DNA of 54,707 bases. Origin: an uncultured virus (IMG/VR IMGVR_UViG_3300035698_023471). Lineage: Duplodnaviria > Heunggongvirae > Uroviricota > Caudoviricetes. Location: the IMG/VR virus record IMGVR_UViG_3300035698_023471; one strand, written 5' to 3'. Below, piece after piece: positions 44,398-53,549 of this stretch. The notes beneath the pieces were generated by a model. The model did not search any database, was not told where the DNA came from, and worked only from the letters and a program-made list of their open reading frames with translations. The position numbers and the translations under genes are program-made. Numbering within the stretch: the stretch's first letter is position 1; each line of letters opens with the position of its first letter.

Positions 44398-46368
44398 ATG
44401 CAAACACGTAAATGGTCTTTGCTGGATTATGCCAGAGCATACGATGCCTTGGCAAAAAGCCTTTATGGTTTCAAGAAAGTCGAATACCCAAGAAACATGA
44501 AGACCTATGCAATGGACCCGAGAACAAAAACACTTTACGCAATCGTTCCGGAAGCAATTCCCGCGATCCCTCAAGAACTTCGTATCAATTTTGTTCAGGC
44601 TGGTGTCGCTCATGAAGCCGGACATTTGGAAAACGGGACATCCTTGACGAAGGCACTCACAAAGGTACAGGACAAAGATTACCTCGATGGTCGGAACGCC
44701 AAGTTCATGAAAGACCTTCACAACATTCTCATTGATGTCAGTCATGAGCGTTGTATTGGAGAGAAATTCCTCCAAGACCAAGTTCATCTTTACACGATGT
44801 GGAGTAACATCGAAGACAATATGTGGAGATTGGAAAAACTGGCATCCGTCACGACGAAAGGAAAAGACGAGAAAGATCCTGAAGACGGGGACGACAATCC
44901 CGAACTCACAAAAGAATTGAACGACTTCAATAATCTCTGGCATTATCTCGCTCTGACTCAGAGGGACATCGTCCCCCACTGTGAAGAAGCAGAATTGCCG
45001 GAACGATATAAGCCACGGTGGAATGAGATCGAAGATAGGGTTTGCTCGGTCCTTCATGCAACTTTTGACTCGATCAAGGTCCTCGATGCTTCGAAAGTCT
45101 GGTACGACATCATCGTACAAGAAAGCCCCGCTCTTCACGAGCAGTTGAAAAAGAATAAGGGGATGAAAATCAAAGTCATCAGAATCAAAGGGATTCCGGA
45201 GGGGATGTCTCTCCCCGGTGGTGGAGGGATAGACCTGTCAGAATTCGATCCTGAAGATGTCGAAATCGAGGAAATGGAGTGGGAAGATTATCTGGACTCC
45301 CTAGGTAAGAGTCGAGAAGAATTCATGGGCAAGATGGTCAAAAATCAGAACGATGATGACAAAGACAAGTCCATGGAAAAAGATTCCCGTTCATTCGAGT
45401 TTGACGAGGATGGAAAACCACGTAAGGGCAAGTCGTGTAAGAGCGACAATTCGCGGAGACCAAACAGTACTCGTAAACCGCATGATGACGACCAGTTCGA
45501 TCCACCGATGCATGAAGGTTCTGGAAGAAAATGTGTCGTGGTAGATTACGACCTAGAACTCACCGGAACATCAGACCCAGAGGGTTATCAAGAAGCCAAA
45601 ACTGCCCTACAGGACATGAATCGTCTGCGGACATTGTTGCAGAAGAAGTTGGTCCACTTGTCTAAAGACCGGATGCTTCGAGATCAAACCGTAGGTCGTC
45701 TCGACCCTCGTAGGCTTTCTCGAATCCCTCTTCTCCGAGGGATGCCCGAAAAGCCTGTACACAAGAAGATCATTCGCAGTCGCAGTTTTAAGAAGGTCGT
45801 CTGTTCTCTTCTGATCGATGAGAGCGGTTCGATGGGAAGTTCTAAGAAGTACTTTCACGCACGTTGTGCGGCAGTGCTATTCGCAGAAGTTCTCGAATCT
45901 CTGAAGATCAAGAATGAAGTCATTGGCTTCTCGACAGATTGGAATAATGGCAGAGACATGCCTGCTTGTTGTAATCGACATGAACCTCTTCGACACATCG
46001 TCTACAAAAACTTTGCACAAAAGTTGAGGAAGGATTTGTTGGGATCGATCACAGCACGGGACAACAATGCCGATGGAGAATCGCTTCTCTTCACCGCAAT
46101 GAGAATCGCAAAGCAAACAGCAGATAGGCGAATCATCTTCGTCTTCTCGGATGGATATCCACAATGCTCTTGCGACTATGACATGCAGGAGGATTTGCGA
46201 AGTACGATCCAGTTGTGCCTAAACAATCACATCGAAATAATCGGAATCGGGATATGTTCTGACGCAGTGAAACAGTTCTATCCCGACAATGTCGTCATCG
46301 ACGATGCTTCCGATCTGACACAAGAGTTCTACCGCAAGTTGGATGAACTCCTGTCGAGACAAAAGTGA
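44398..46368 (+). CDS. CobT-like vWA domain protein with N-terminal HExxH
   Basis: MIDAS LLIDESGSMG, NNADGESL, VFSDGYP, IIGIGI; GRLDPRRL; HEAGH; acidic linker. Confidence 0.85.
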   Translation: MQTRKWSLLDYARAYDALAKSLYGFKKVEYPRNMKTYAMDPRTKTLYAIVPEAIPAIPQELRINFVQAGVAHEAGHLENGTSLTKALTKVQDKDYLDGRNAKFMKDLHNILIDVSHERCIGEKFLQDQVHLYTMWSNIEDNMWRLEKLASVTTKGKDEKDPEDGDDNPELTKELNDFNNLWHYLALTQRDIVPHCEEAELPERYKPRWNEIEDRVCSVLHATFDSIKVLDASKVWYDIIVQESPALHEQLKKNKGMKIKVIRIKGIPEGMSLPGGGGIDLSEFDPEDVEIEEMEWEDYLDSLGKSREEFMGKMVKNQNDDDKDKSMEKDSRSFEFDEDGKPRKGKSCKSDNSRRPNSTRKPHDDDQFDPPMHEGSGRKCVVVDYDLELTGTSDPEGYQEAKTALQDMNRLRTLLQKKLVHLSKDRMLRDQTVGRLDPRRLSRIPLLRGMPEKPVHKKIIRSRSFKKVVCSLLIDESGSMGSSKKYFHARCAAVLFAEVLESLKIKNEVIGFSTDWNNGRDMPACCNRHEPLRHIVYKNFAQKLRKDLLGSITARDNNADGESLLFTAMRIAKQTADRRIIFVFSDGYPQCSCDYDMQEDLRSTIQLCLNNHIEIIGIGICSDAVKQFYPDNVVIDDASDLTQEFYRKLDELLSRQK

Positions 46369-46460
46369 CCGCTAGTGGTGGAGAGGATTGACTATGAGTC
46401 CCCTCTCCACCACAGCAGCAAAGTAGTTGACAACGAACAAAAAGTGTGATACCATTCAGA

Positions 46461-46488
46461 CAGTTGAACGGTGTCAACCGTCCGACTG
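46461..46488 (+). promoter_or_regulatory. conserved promoter-proximal hairpin/dyad (copy 5)
   Basis: identical to copy 2. Confidence 0.7.
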
Positions 46489-46555
46489 GATGATATCATC
46501 CACTCAACAATCAAGAAAAGACAATAGATCAAAACAGGAGGATTGAACGAAGGTC

Positions 46556-47794
46556 ATGGAAATAAAAAATCTTATCGAAACAATTTCCACAAATCTGAAT
46601 GACGGGAATGGAAAAGAGGGTGTCGTCAAAGCGTTGACGATGATTCGTAGGGACACAATGGAAGAGGGTGACACCACGATGACCAACTTCTCCAAAGAGT
46701 TGTGTCGTCGGGCAAAGATCGAGTATCCGGGGGACGAGCACGGTCGTTCGAAACTGGAATCTCAATGTTACCAGATTCTTTCCAAATTCGGAGTCCCTCA
46801 TCGGGGGAAAAAGTTTCATGAATTCGTCGCTTCGCAACTCGCGGAGGAACGTGGCACTGCGGAGGTCACTTGGGAAGAGACTTACGACGATTACATCATG
46901 CCAGAATGTACGGGGCATGTCTTGGACCTTCTGGAGCAAGGACAGAACGTCCTTCTGACAGGTCCCAAAGGTTGTGGCAAAACTTCCTTGGCAGAAATTC
47001 TTTTTGAGAAAGTCATGGAGAAAAACTACACGACCATCGACATCTCCCCCGAGGTTTCTCGGATGGACTTGGAAGGTTGTCCGGAACTAAGTACCAAGCA
47101 GGTCTGTTCCGAATGTGGTTCGGAAGACCTGAAATTCAACGGCAACACCGAGTGTGGTAACTGTGGGACGAAGAACAGTGTTCGCACTTTCGATGTCTCC
47201 ACCTGGAGAGACGGTCTTCTGGCAGCAGCATGTCGTGCCGGGAACAGCATCGTCTTCAACGAGTTGGATGCTCTGAGTGAAGCCCTCACGACAGGTTTCA
47301 TGGAGTTGTTTCAGTCCAGGCGTTACACCCTCATGCAGACGGGTGAACGGCTGACTGCCGAGGGGATTCAGATCATCGCCACTTCCAACACCATCGGTAG
47401 TGGTTCGGATGAAATGTATTCCAGGAATTTCTTGGACAAGGCTTTCCTTTCCAGATGCGTCCCGATTTACGTGGACTATCTCAGCAAGGAAGATGAGACC
47501 AAGATTATTCTTCACCACAACCAAGCGTTGTCGCACCCTTACGCACAGAAGGCGGTCAACCTGGCACAGTGGACCCGTGAGGCTCACATGCAAGGGAGTC
47601 TGACCGATGTCATCTCCACTCGTGAATTGGTTCAGTTCGCCAAGATGTACGAAATGAACCCTCGCTGGGATTTGGCAGCGACAGTGAAGGTCACTCTCTG
47701 CAACCGTTTCAACGGTACGGAGATCGTCCAGGTGATGGAGGCCGCTGGCAAGTTCTTCGGTCTGAAGGATGAGATCAAAGCCCTTTCGTTCTAA
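46556..47794 (+). CDS. CobS/MoxR-like AAA+ ATPase with inserted zinc ribbon
   Basis: Walker A GPKGCGKT, Walker B-like IVFNELD, IIATSN, LDKAFLSR, ISTREL; CSECG..CGNCG insert. Confidence 0.85.
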   Translation: MEIKNLIETISTNLNDGNGKEGVVKALTMIRRDTMEEGDTTMTNFSKELCRRAKIEYPGDEHGRSKLESQCYQILSKFGVPHRGKKFHEFVASQLAEERGTAEVTWEETYDDYIMPECTGHVLDLLEQGQNVLLTGPKGCGKTSLAEILFEKVMEKNYTTIDISPEVSRMDLEGCPELSTKQVCSECGSEDLKFNGNTECGNCGTKNSVRTFDVSTWRDGLLAAACRAGNSIVFNELDALSEALTTGFMELFQSRRYTLMQTGERLTAEGIQIIATSNTIGSGSDEMYSRNFLDKAFLSRCVPIYVDYLSKEDETKIILHHNQALSHPYAQKAVNLAQWTREAHMQGSLTDVISTRELVQFAKMYEMNPRWDLAATVKVTLCNRFNGTEIVQVMEAAGKFFGLKDEIKALSF

Positions 47795-47847
47795 GGGTCT
47801 ATTGTCTGAAGTGGGGGAGGGAATCTTCCCTCCCCCGAGGAGAAAAC

Positions 47848-48129
47848 ATGCCGTTTAAAATCGTAGACCCGAACGAAGAATGTTCTTGTGGTGATGATTG
47901 TGAATGCGATGGAAGATGCTCTTGCGGTAAAGAAAAACCTCTCTCCGAAAAAGAAGTTGAAGCAATCGAAGAAGTTTTCGGGAAGATGGGAACCGCGTCC
48001 AAAGATCCCACCAAAGTCATAGAATGGTTAGGGAAAAACATTTCCAAAACAGAGATCGTAGGAGCGATGAAACGCTTTGAGGAATTCTCAAAACGTGGTG
48101 GTAAAATAAAACCTTCAGGAGGAATTTGA
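47848..48129 (+). CDS. hypothetical protein with Cys-rich N-terminus
   Basis: CSCGDDCECDGRCSCG; GAGGAG SD. Confidence 0.65.
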   Translation: MPFKIVDPNEECSCGDDCECDGRCSCGKEKPLSEKEVEAIEEVFGKMGTASKDPTKVIEWLGKNISKTEIVGAMKRFEEFSKRGGKIKPSGGI

Positions 48130-48211
48130 CGTGGGCAAGAAAGTCACATGGAGTACAGTCAGGTCAGCAGTGCGTAAGAACAAGAAGGGAAAGAAATCCT
48201 AGGGAGAGAAG

Positions 48212-49033
48212 ATGTCTAGAAAAGGATTCGCAGAACAGATCAAAGAACGGTTCGGAATGGATTATGATGCCATCCTGATCAAATTAAAATTCGATGAGGA
48301 TCAGGCTCCATGGCAAATCAGTGAGTGGTTCAACATCACTTACGGTCCAGAATTCACCCCTTCTCCAGCGACAATACAAAGGCACTTGAACAACCTTTCT
48401 ACCAAAAGAATGGGAAGGAAGACCATCGTTGCCAAACTGTTGGACTTGGGGATCACAGATTATCGTTCTCATCTCGAATCCCTTTCGACCATGTCTTTCG
48501 AAAAGATCTCTGCATATTTTAAAGATCGATTCGAACTATCAATTAGTCCTCTCACAATCGAATCTCATTTCAAAGGCTTACAAATAGAACATAAGGTAGA
48601 TGCGAATTCCTTACGACTCGTCAAGGAAGAGGACTTGAACACAAGTCTCATCATTCATAAAACTCTACCTTTGGAAAGGTCGTTTAATGGAACATCCGAC
48701 TTAGGATACATTCAGTTTCAAGGTCTGACCAAAGGGGTCTTTGAGATTGAATCTAAACTCATAGTCATCTCTTCGTATAAAGCAGAGATAGAAATAACGG
48801 TCAAAGCCTATAAAGGCCCTCAAACGACAGAGACACAAGTCCTTCATCAACAAGATGCCTCTGATCTGTTACCTAAATTGACCGATCTAAACTTCAGTTC
48901 TCAATGCAAAGAAAGAGTCTTAGATTTCGTTCAATCTCTTGAGTCCATGGATGAGGAGGAGATTAAAAATCTCCTCCTCACAAAATCCATCGACTCAACG
49001 AAGATGGAACAGATTCTTTCTCAGAGTAGTTGA
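48212..49033 (+). CDS. putative tandem-HTH DNA-binding protein
   Basis: two ISxxF...SPxTIxxH repeats resembling winged HTH. Confidence 0.5.
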   Translation: MSRKGFAEQIKERFGMDYDAILIKLKFDEDQAPWQISEWFNITYGPEFTPSPATIQRHLNNLSTKRMGRKTIVAKLLDLGITDYRSHLESLSTMSFEKISAYFKDRFELSISPLTIESHFKGLQIEHKVDANSLRLVKEEDLNTSLIIHKTLPLERSFNGTSDLGYIQFQGLTKGVFEIESKLIVISSYKAEIEITVKAYKGPQTTETQVLHQQDASDLLPKLTDLNFSSQCKERVLDFVQSLESMDEEEIKNLLLTKSIDSTKMEQILSQSS

Positions 49034-49084
49034 CAAATTCTCTGTTTTATGGTCTAATACTCCCAACGAACCCAAAGGAGCGGA

Positions 49085-49651
49085 ATGATGGTCCAACCAA
49101 TCTTCAAAGATATCATTGAAAAAGAAGTTCAAGTTGATCTTGGTGAAATGGAAAAAGGAGACATCTCAGAACTCAAGGTGTATTTCATCGCCAACATCAA
49201 AGTGGTTCCCGAAAGACAAAGAGATCAAATCATCGACCTAGTCATGGAATGTTCATCCGATCATGAAGATGTCGTCCTCGTCGCCGGAATCACCGACGCA
49301 GAAGTCGCCCTCGGTCCAGTTGACCCGACAGAAGGTCCTGCACCCTTCAAAATCAGTTTCACTGGCTCCAATGTCTGTGAAGCCACTGCTTCCAAGAGCC
49401 ATAAAGTAGATCTTTTTCTCAAGGATCTTTTCTGTCGAATCCAAAAACTGACAAAGAATTTGTTCGACATCTGTTCTTTTCAAGATCATCTCGGATATAA
49501 AACGGAAGGGATCTTCGGCCTCAATTCCAACAATGAAGAGCCAGAAGATGAAAACAAGATTTTCATCCCCTTCGCAGACTACGAAGTGAGTAAGGACAGC
49601 ATCCCATCTATCGTGAAACAAATGGATATCATCATGAAAGAGGAGGAATAA
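49085..49651 (+). CDS. acidic hypothetical protein
   Basis: AAGGAG SD after promoter 49030. Confidence 0.75.
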   Translation: MMVQPIFKDIIEKEVQVDLGEMEKGDISELKVYFIANIKVVPERQRDQIIDLVMECSSDHEDVVLVAGITDAEVALGPVDPTEGPAPFKISFTGSNVCEATASKSHKVDLFLKDLFCRIQKLTKNLFDICSFQDHLGYKTEGIFGLNSNNEEPEDENKIFIPFADYEVSKDSIPSIVKQMDIIMKEEE

Positions 49652-49661
49652 ATAAGTTCCG

Positions 49662-49913
49662 ATGAACCAAGAACAACAAAATCATCTCAACAATCTTCTA
49701 TCCAAGATGAACATCCCTGATTCCAGAAGACGGGATTACAATTGGTTGATTCGAAATCTCGCCGTGAAAAACGAAGAGCATAAATATTTCGAAGAAACCA
49801 TGAAACTTATCTTGAAAATTCTGAAGGCACGGAACCTCCTCAAAAAAAGTGATGAAAAATATATCTTGAAACAACTCCAGGAAGGAAAAGAAAGTGAAGA
49901 TCAAAGTTCCTGA
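49662..49913 (+). CDS. hypothetical protein
   Basis: GAGGAGG SD. Confidence 0.7.
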   Translation: MNQEQQNHLNNLLSKMNIPDSRRRDYNWLIRNLAVKNEEHKYFEETMKLILKILKARNLLKKSDEKYILKQLQEGKESEDQSS

Positions 49914-51297
49914 AAAAAGATGGCTCAAGATACTTCCTAGAAAGGATTTAACTAGGTATCTTCGCTGGCAAGCAGAATCAAGCAGAACCACTGACAAAGA
50001 TCAAGTTCTTACACTCTTACGTCATCCCGGCTGCAACCAACGAGTGACCAATGTCCTGATTGAAAGAGGGCTACTCAATTGGGACCATTGGTTCGAATTC
50101 CCCAAGATCATCAATTTGAGAAAATTCAAACGATATAACTATATACCCGCAAATCAATTCAGAGAGATCACAGAAAAAATCATCGAGATGGGAGCCTACG
50201 GAGTAGTTTGTCCATTCAATCAATCTTTGTGCATCCAAGATGTAGCAAATATGGGGCTGATAGCCTTCTCGAAAATTCTTGATCTCGGGATCGCACAAGG
50301 CACTCAAGTCAGTTATTTTGTCGGACGGAGCATGTGCCGTAAGCCTTCTGACTACGCTCCAGAGAAAGCCGCACATGAAGAAATCACTGCTGACCCTGAT
50401 CTCGAATGGTTCATCGAGACCTACATGATGAACATCTCTTACTCTCGGGAAAGACAAGCTTTCTCCTCGTATCGTTTGTCGAAGGAACATTTAGAAAAAC
50501 ATTTTAGTTATTACCAAGAACGTCTAAAATCCTTGATTCACAAAAACAGATTCGCAGATATCCCGTACTGTGAAACTGCTGAGACAAAGGTGGAGATAGA
50601 TTTCTTCGTTGACAATTGGACTAGGTTCTCTAAAGAATCATGGGACCTATTTTGGTACACTTTTCCCTTTGCCCCAGAAGATATCGAGCAACTAATCTTG
50701 AATAGGATTTGTATCGATTGGAGAAAACTTTCTCACAACACTCATTGTAGTACCGAATTCTATCATACCTATGGCTCAGAACTCAACCGAGAAGCCATCT
50801 TTAAGGAGATGCTGGAATTCACGAACTCTAAAACAGGAGAAAGTAATCCTAAGAATCGTCAAGCCGAATTGACCCCATTGTTCTTTGCTGATTCAGAGGT
50901 ACTGATAGAAGAGTTGAACAAATACCTCGATCTTCTCGATTGGTCGAAGTGTCATTCAGTGGTGTCACTCATTAAACAACTTCATGAAAAGATCGATTTC
51001 AGACATCTCGATTGGGATAAGTTGTTCAATTTATATGGAAATGACAAATTCACCAGCGGAACAAATATTTTGCTGACAATCGCATTGGAAGCACATCAAC
51101 ATGAAATCAAACCTCAATTTTTCGAGGATAGGCTTCCCATCACTCAGTACTTGTCTATCAATATCGCTAAACATTTGAATTGGGTGGCCCTCAAGAAGAA
51201 GACAAAAGTGAGGACAGAAGAACGAAGAACCGTCAATCAGATCATCAGAAATCTGAAAAGTGTCCAACTATGGACGGGTTATTGTGCAGGAGAATGA
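49894..51297 (+). CDS. hypothetical protein with LDW-type Trp repeats
   Basis: IDWRKLS, LDWSKC, LDWDKL, LNWVAL. Confidence 0.75.
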   Translation: MKIKVPEKRWLKILPRKDLTRYLRWQAESSRTTDKDQVLTLLRHPGCNQRVTNVLIERGLLNWDHWFEFPKIINLRKFKRYNYIPANQFREITEKIIEMGAYGVVCPFNQSLCIQDVANMGLIAFSKILDLGIAQGTQVSYFVGRSMCRKPSDYAPEKAAHEEITADPDLEWFIETYMMNISYSRERQAFSSYRLSKEHLEKHFSYYQERLKSLIHKNRFADIPYCETAETKVEIDFFVDNWTRFSKESWDLFWYTFPFAPEDIEQLILNRICIDWRKLSHNTHCSTEFYHTYGSELNREAIFKEMLEFTNSKTGESNPKNRQAELTPLFFADSEVLIEELNKYLDLLDWSKCHSVVSLIKQLHEKIDFRHLDWDKLFNLYGNDKFTSGTNILLTIALEAHQHEIKPQFFEDRLPITQYLSINIAKHLNWVALKKKTKVRTEERRTVNQIIRNLKSVQLWTGYCAGE

Positions 51298-51330
51298 AAT
51301 ACCTTCATTTTCTCGTTCCTTTCTTGGGTG

Positions 51331-51360
51331 AGGGGGGCAGAATTCTGCCCCCCATTTTTT
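51331..51360 (+). terminator. intrinsic terminator
   Basis: GGGGGCAG-AATT-CTGCCCCC followed by ATTTTTT. Confidence 0.7.
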
Positions 51361-51471
51361 CAGTCGTCAGACTGGAAGATAGTTGACAAAGGAGCCGTAA
51401 GATGATATCGTAGTTCCAGTGGTGGAACTACTGGAAGTTACTATGTTTTTCAATCCAAAAAGGAGCGTCAA

Positions 51472-51678
51472 ATGAAGATTAAACCCCATTTGTGTCTATG
51501 TCGTCCCCAAAGGGACAAAACAGTCAATGAATCCGTTGTCCTCCAATTCGGCACGATGGACATCGAAAGGTATGAATCGTCTGACAGTTGCAACAAATTT
51601 CAATATCGAATGAACGGCATGGAAATATTCTTCCGTTTCGTCAACGTCAGCGATCAAATCTCCATGGAAAGACTATGA
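51472..51678 (+). CDS. MKIKLHN-tag small protein (variant)
   Basis: starts MKIKPHLC; AAGGAG SD. Confidence 0.75.
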   Translation: MKIKPHLCLCRPQRDKTVNESVVLQFGTMDIERYESSDSCNKFQYRMNGMEIFFRFVNVSDQISMERL

Positions 51679-51851
51679 GTTCTGCAAACAGAACTCCGGT
51701 GTGAATCGGTCTTGAAGGGGCATGGGGAGAGGCGGTACCCGATAAGATCATTGACACGTCGATCTCTGTCAATGGCACCGAAATCCTCCCCCATAGCCTC
51801 CTCTGACTGCAAAAGGTGGAATCCTCTCCCCACCCTCACACCCTTCCTGAA

Positions 51852-52100
51852 ATGAAAATCAAAATCCATAACTCACTATTCAAATACTCAGGAGAAAATA
51901 AATCTTCTTATTTCAGAACTCTAATCAGATTCAACGAAGAAGTGATAGGATATGGAGGAAACCATGGAGACACAGAAATGACCATGATCTGTCCTAGTCC
52001 ATGGATTTTCTATTTCGCGTGGATGCTCTATCATGAAACAGTAATTATAATGGACATGGAGACAAGAGAAGAAATAGGAGAATTTGATTTAAAACCATGA
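51852..52100 (+). CDS. MKIKLHN-tag small protein
   Basis: starts MKIKIHNS. Confidence 0.85.
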   Translation: MKIKIHNSLFKYSGENKSSYFRTLIRFNEEVIGYGGNHGDTEMTMICPSPWIFYFAWMLYHETVIIMDMETREEIGEFDLKP

Positions 52101-52354
52101 AAATCAAAGCCCATAACTCATTAATTAAATATTCGGAAACAAATCTGAGCTATTGGATTCACTATATCCGATTTAATACACTTCAATTTGCCCTAGGTAG
52201 CAATGATGGAACAATCATTTTTGACATAGATCCCATGAATACCTCAACTTGTGACATAACTTATCATTGGGACGGGGGAACAAATCAAGTGACTTTAATG
52301 GACCTACGAAATAAGGTGAACTTCGGAGGACCTTACTCTCGAAAATTAGATTAA
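52097..52354 (+). CDS. MKIKLHN-tag small protein
   Basis: starts MKIKAHNS. Confidence 0.85.
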   Translation: MKIKAHNSLIKYSETNLSYWIHYIRFNTLQFALGSNDGTIIFDIDPMNTSTCDITYHWDGGTNQVTLMDLRNKVNFGGPYSRKLD

Positions 52355-52357
52355 ACC

Positions 52358-52582
52358 ATGAGAATCACCCTGCACAACTCCCTCCTCACCATCACAGAAA
52401 CCGGAGAAGAAATTAGAATAGACTCTCCGAATAATTTGAGAGTCCAAAGAATACCATACAGATTAGATGAGAGTTATATCCTCTATTCAAGACATTTTGA
52501 AATCACTGTTGAAAATACTCATAAAATGATGATGATGATGGATCTTTCAAATGCTGACACAATTTCTTCAATAGAGGTTTAA
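52358..52582 (+). CDS. MKIKLHN-tag small protein
   Basis: starts MRITLHNS. Confidence 0.85.
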   Translation: MRITLHNSLLTITETGEEIRIDSPNNLRVQRIPYRLDESYILYSRHFEITVENTHKMMMMMDLSNADTISSIEV

Positions 52583-52591
52583 AGATAAACC

Positions 52592-52810
52592 ATGAAAATC
52601 CCGCTACACAACTCACTCCTCACCATCACAGAAAACAATTGGTCCGGCCATAGAGGCTCCACAGGGGCTTTAGAAGTATATTTAATACCATACGGAGACT
52701 TCGGCTATATCGTCTGCTCACGAGGTCTTGAAGTCACCTACAATGATGTCCATCAATTCCTTCAAATAGATGATATCAAAAATAGGACATTCGCACAAGT
52801 CTATCTTTAA
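52592..52810 (+). CDS. MKIKLHN-tag small protein
   Basis: starts MKIPLHNS. Confidence 0.85.
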   Translation: MKIPLHNSLLTITENNWSGHRGSTGALEVYLIPYGDFGYIVCSRGLEVTYNDVHQFLQIDDIKNRTFAQVYL

Positions 52811-53500
52811 AAAATCCCCGCTTAAAAATTCTTAAAATTATAAAATCCCCAAAATCTTTTAAAACCCTCCTCAATCTTTCCCCCCCCAAATCTTCAAAAA
52901 CCCCAATGAATCCGCCGATTTAAAGTCCTATTTTTTAATTTAATTAAATCTTATTATTTATAAAAAAAGTATAAATTATATATAAAACTATAAATAATAA
53001 GATTTAATTAAATCATTTCTAAGACGTTAAATTAATTCATAAGTCATTGATTTCATTGAACTTACATCTTTCAAAACAATCATTCCGTCGGAGCAATTAA
53101 TTCGATTAATTAAACTTTATTTAATAATAAATTTATACCCCTTATACTTTTAATCACAATAAATAAAACATAATTAAATCAAAAAATGAGACATAAAAAT
53201 CGTCCTAACCCATTGATTTTGTTGAGATTAGGTCTATGCGGAATGACCCGAAAGAGTTCTTTAAACAGTTTAAAGAACCCTTATTAATTTATTTATATAA
53301 ACTATAAATAATAAAACATTAAAAACCTGTATGATGAATTCACCACTCCAGTCTACAATAAGGAAAATAACACATGTCTTCCCTATTGAAGACTGAGGTC
53401 AATTTTTTGACCTAAGTCTTCAAGCAGAACTCATAGTCATGCCTCCCCCATTCCTTATATGAAGGATTAAATAATAAATAAATACTTATTTAATCAATCC
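52811..53500. other. AT-rich non-coding region with inverted repeats (candidate origin or terminus)
   Basis: very AT-rich; 25-bp perfect inverted arms 52938-52962/52989-53013. Confidence 0.5.
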
Positions 53501-53549
53501 ATACATTGACTCTCGTCTCCCCTTGACATGCGTACCTTTCTGTGATACC

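Noticed and set aside
44398..47794. Cobalamin biosynthesis (cobS/cobT as auxiliary metabolic genes)
   Set aside because: No cobN or other cob genes are present; phage CobS/CobT-like pairs belong to the general MoxR-vWA class, so no gene symbols were assigned.
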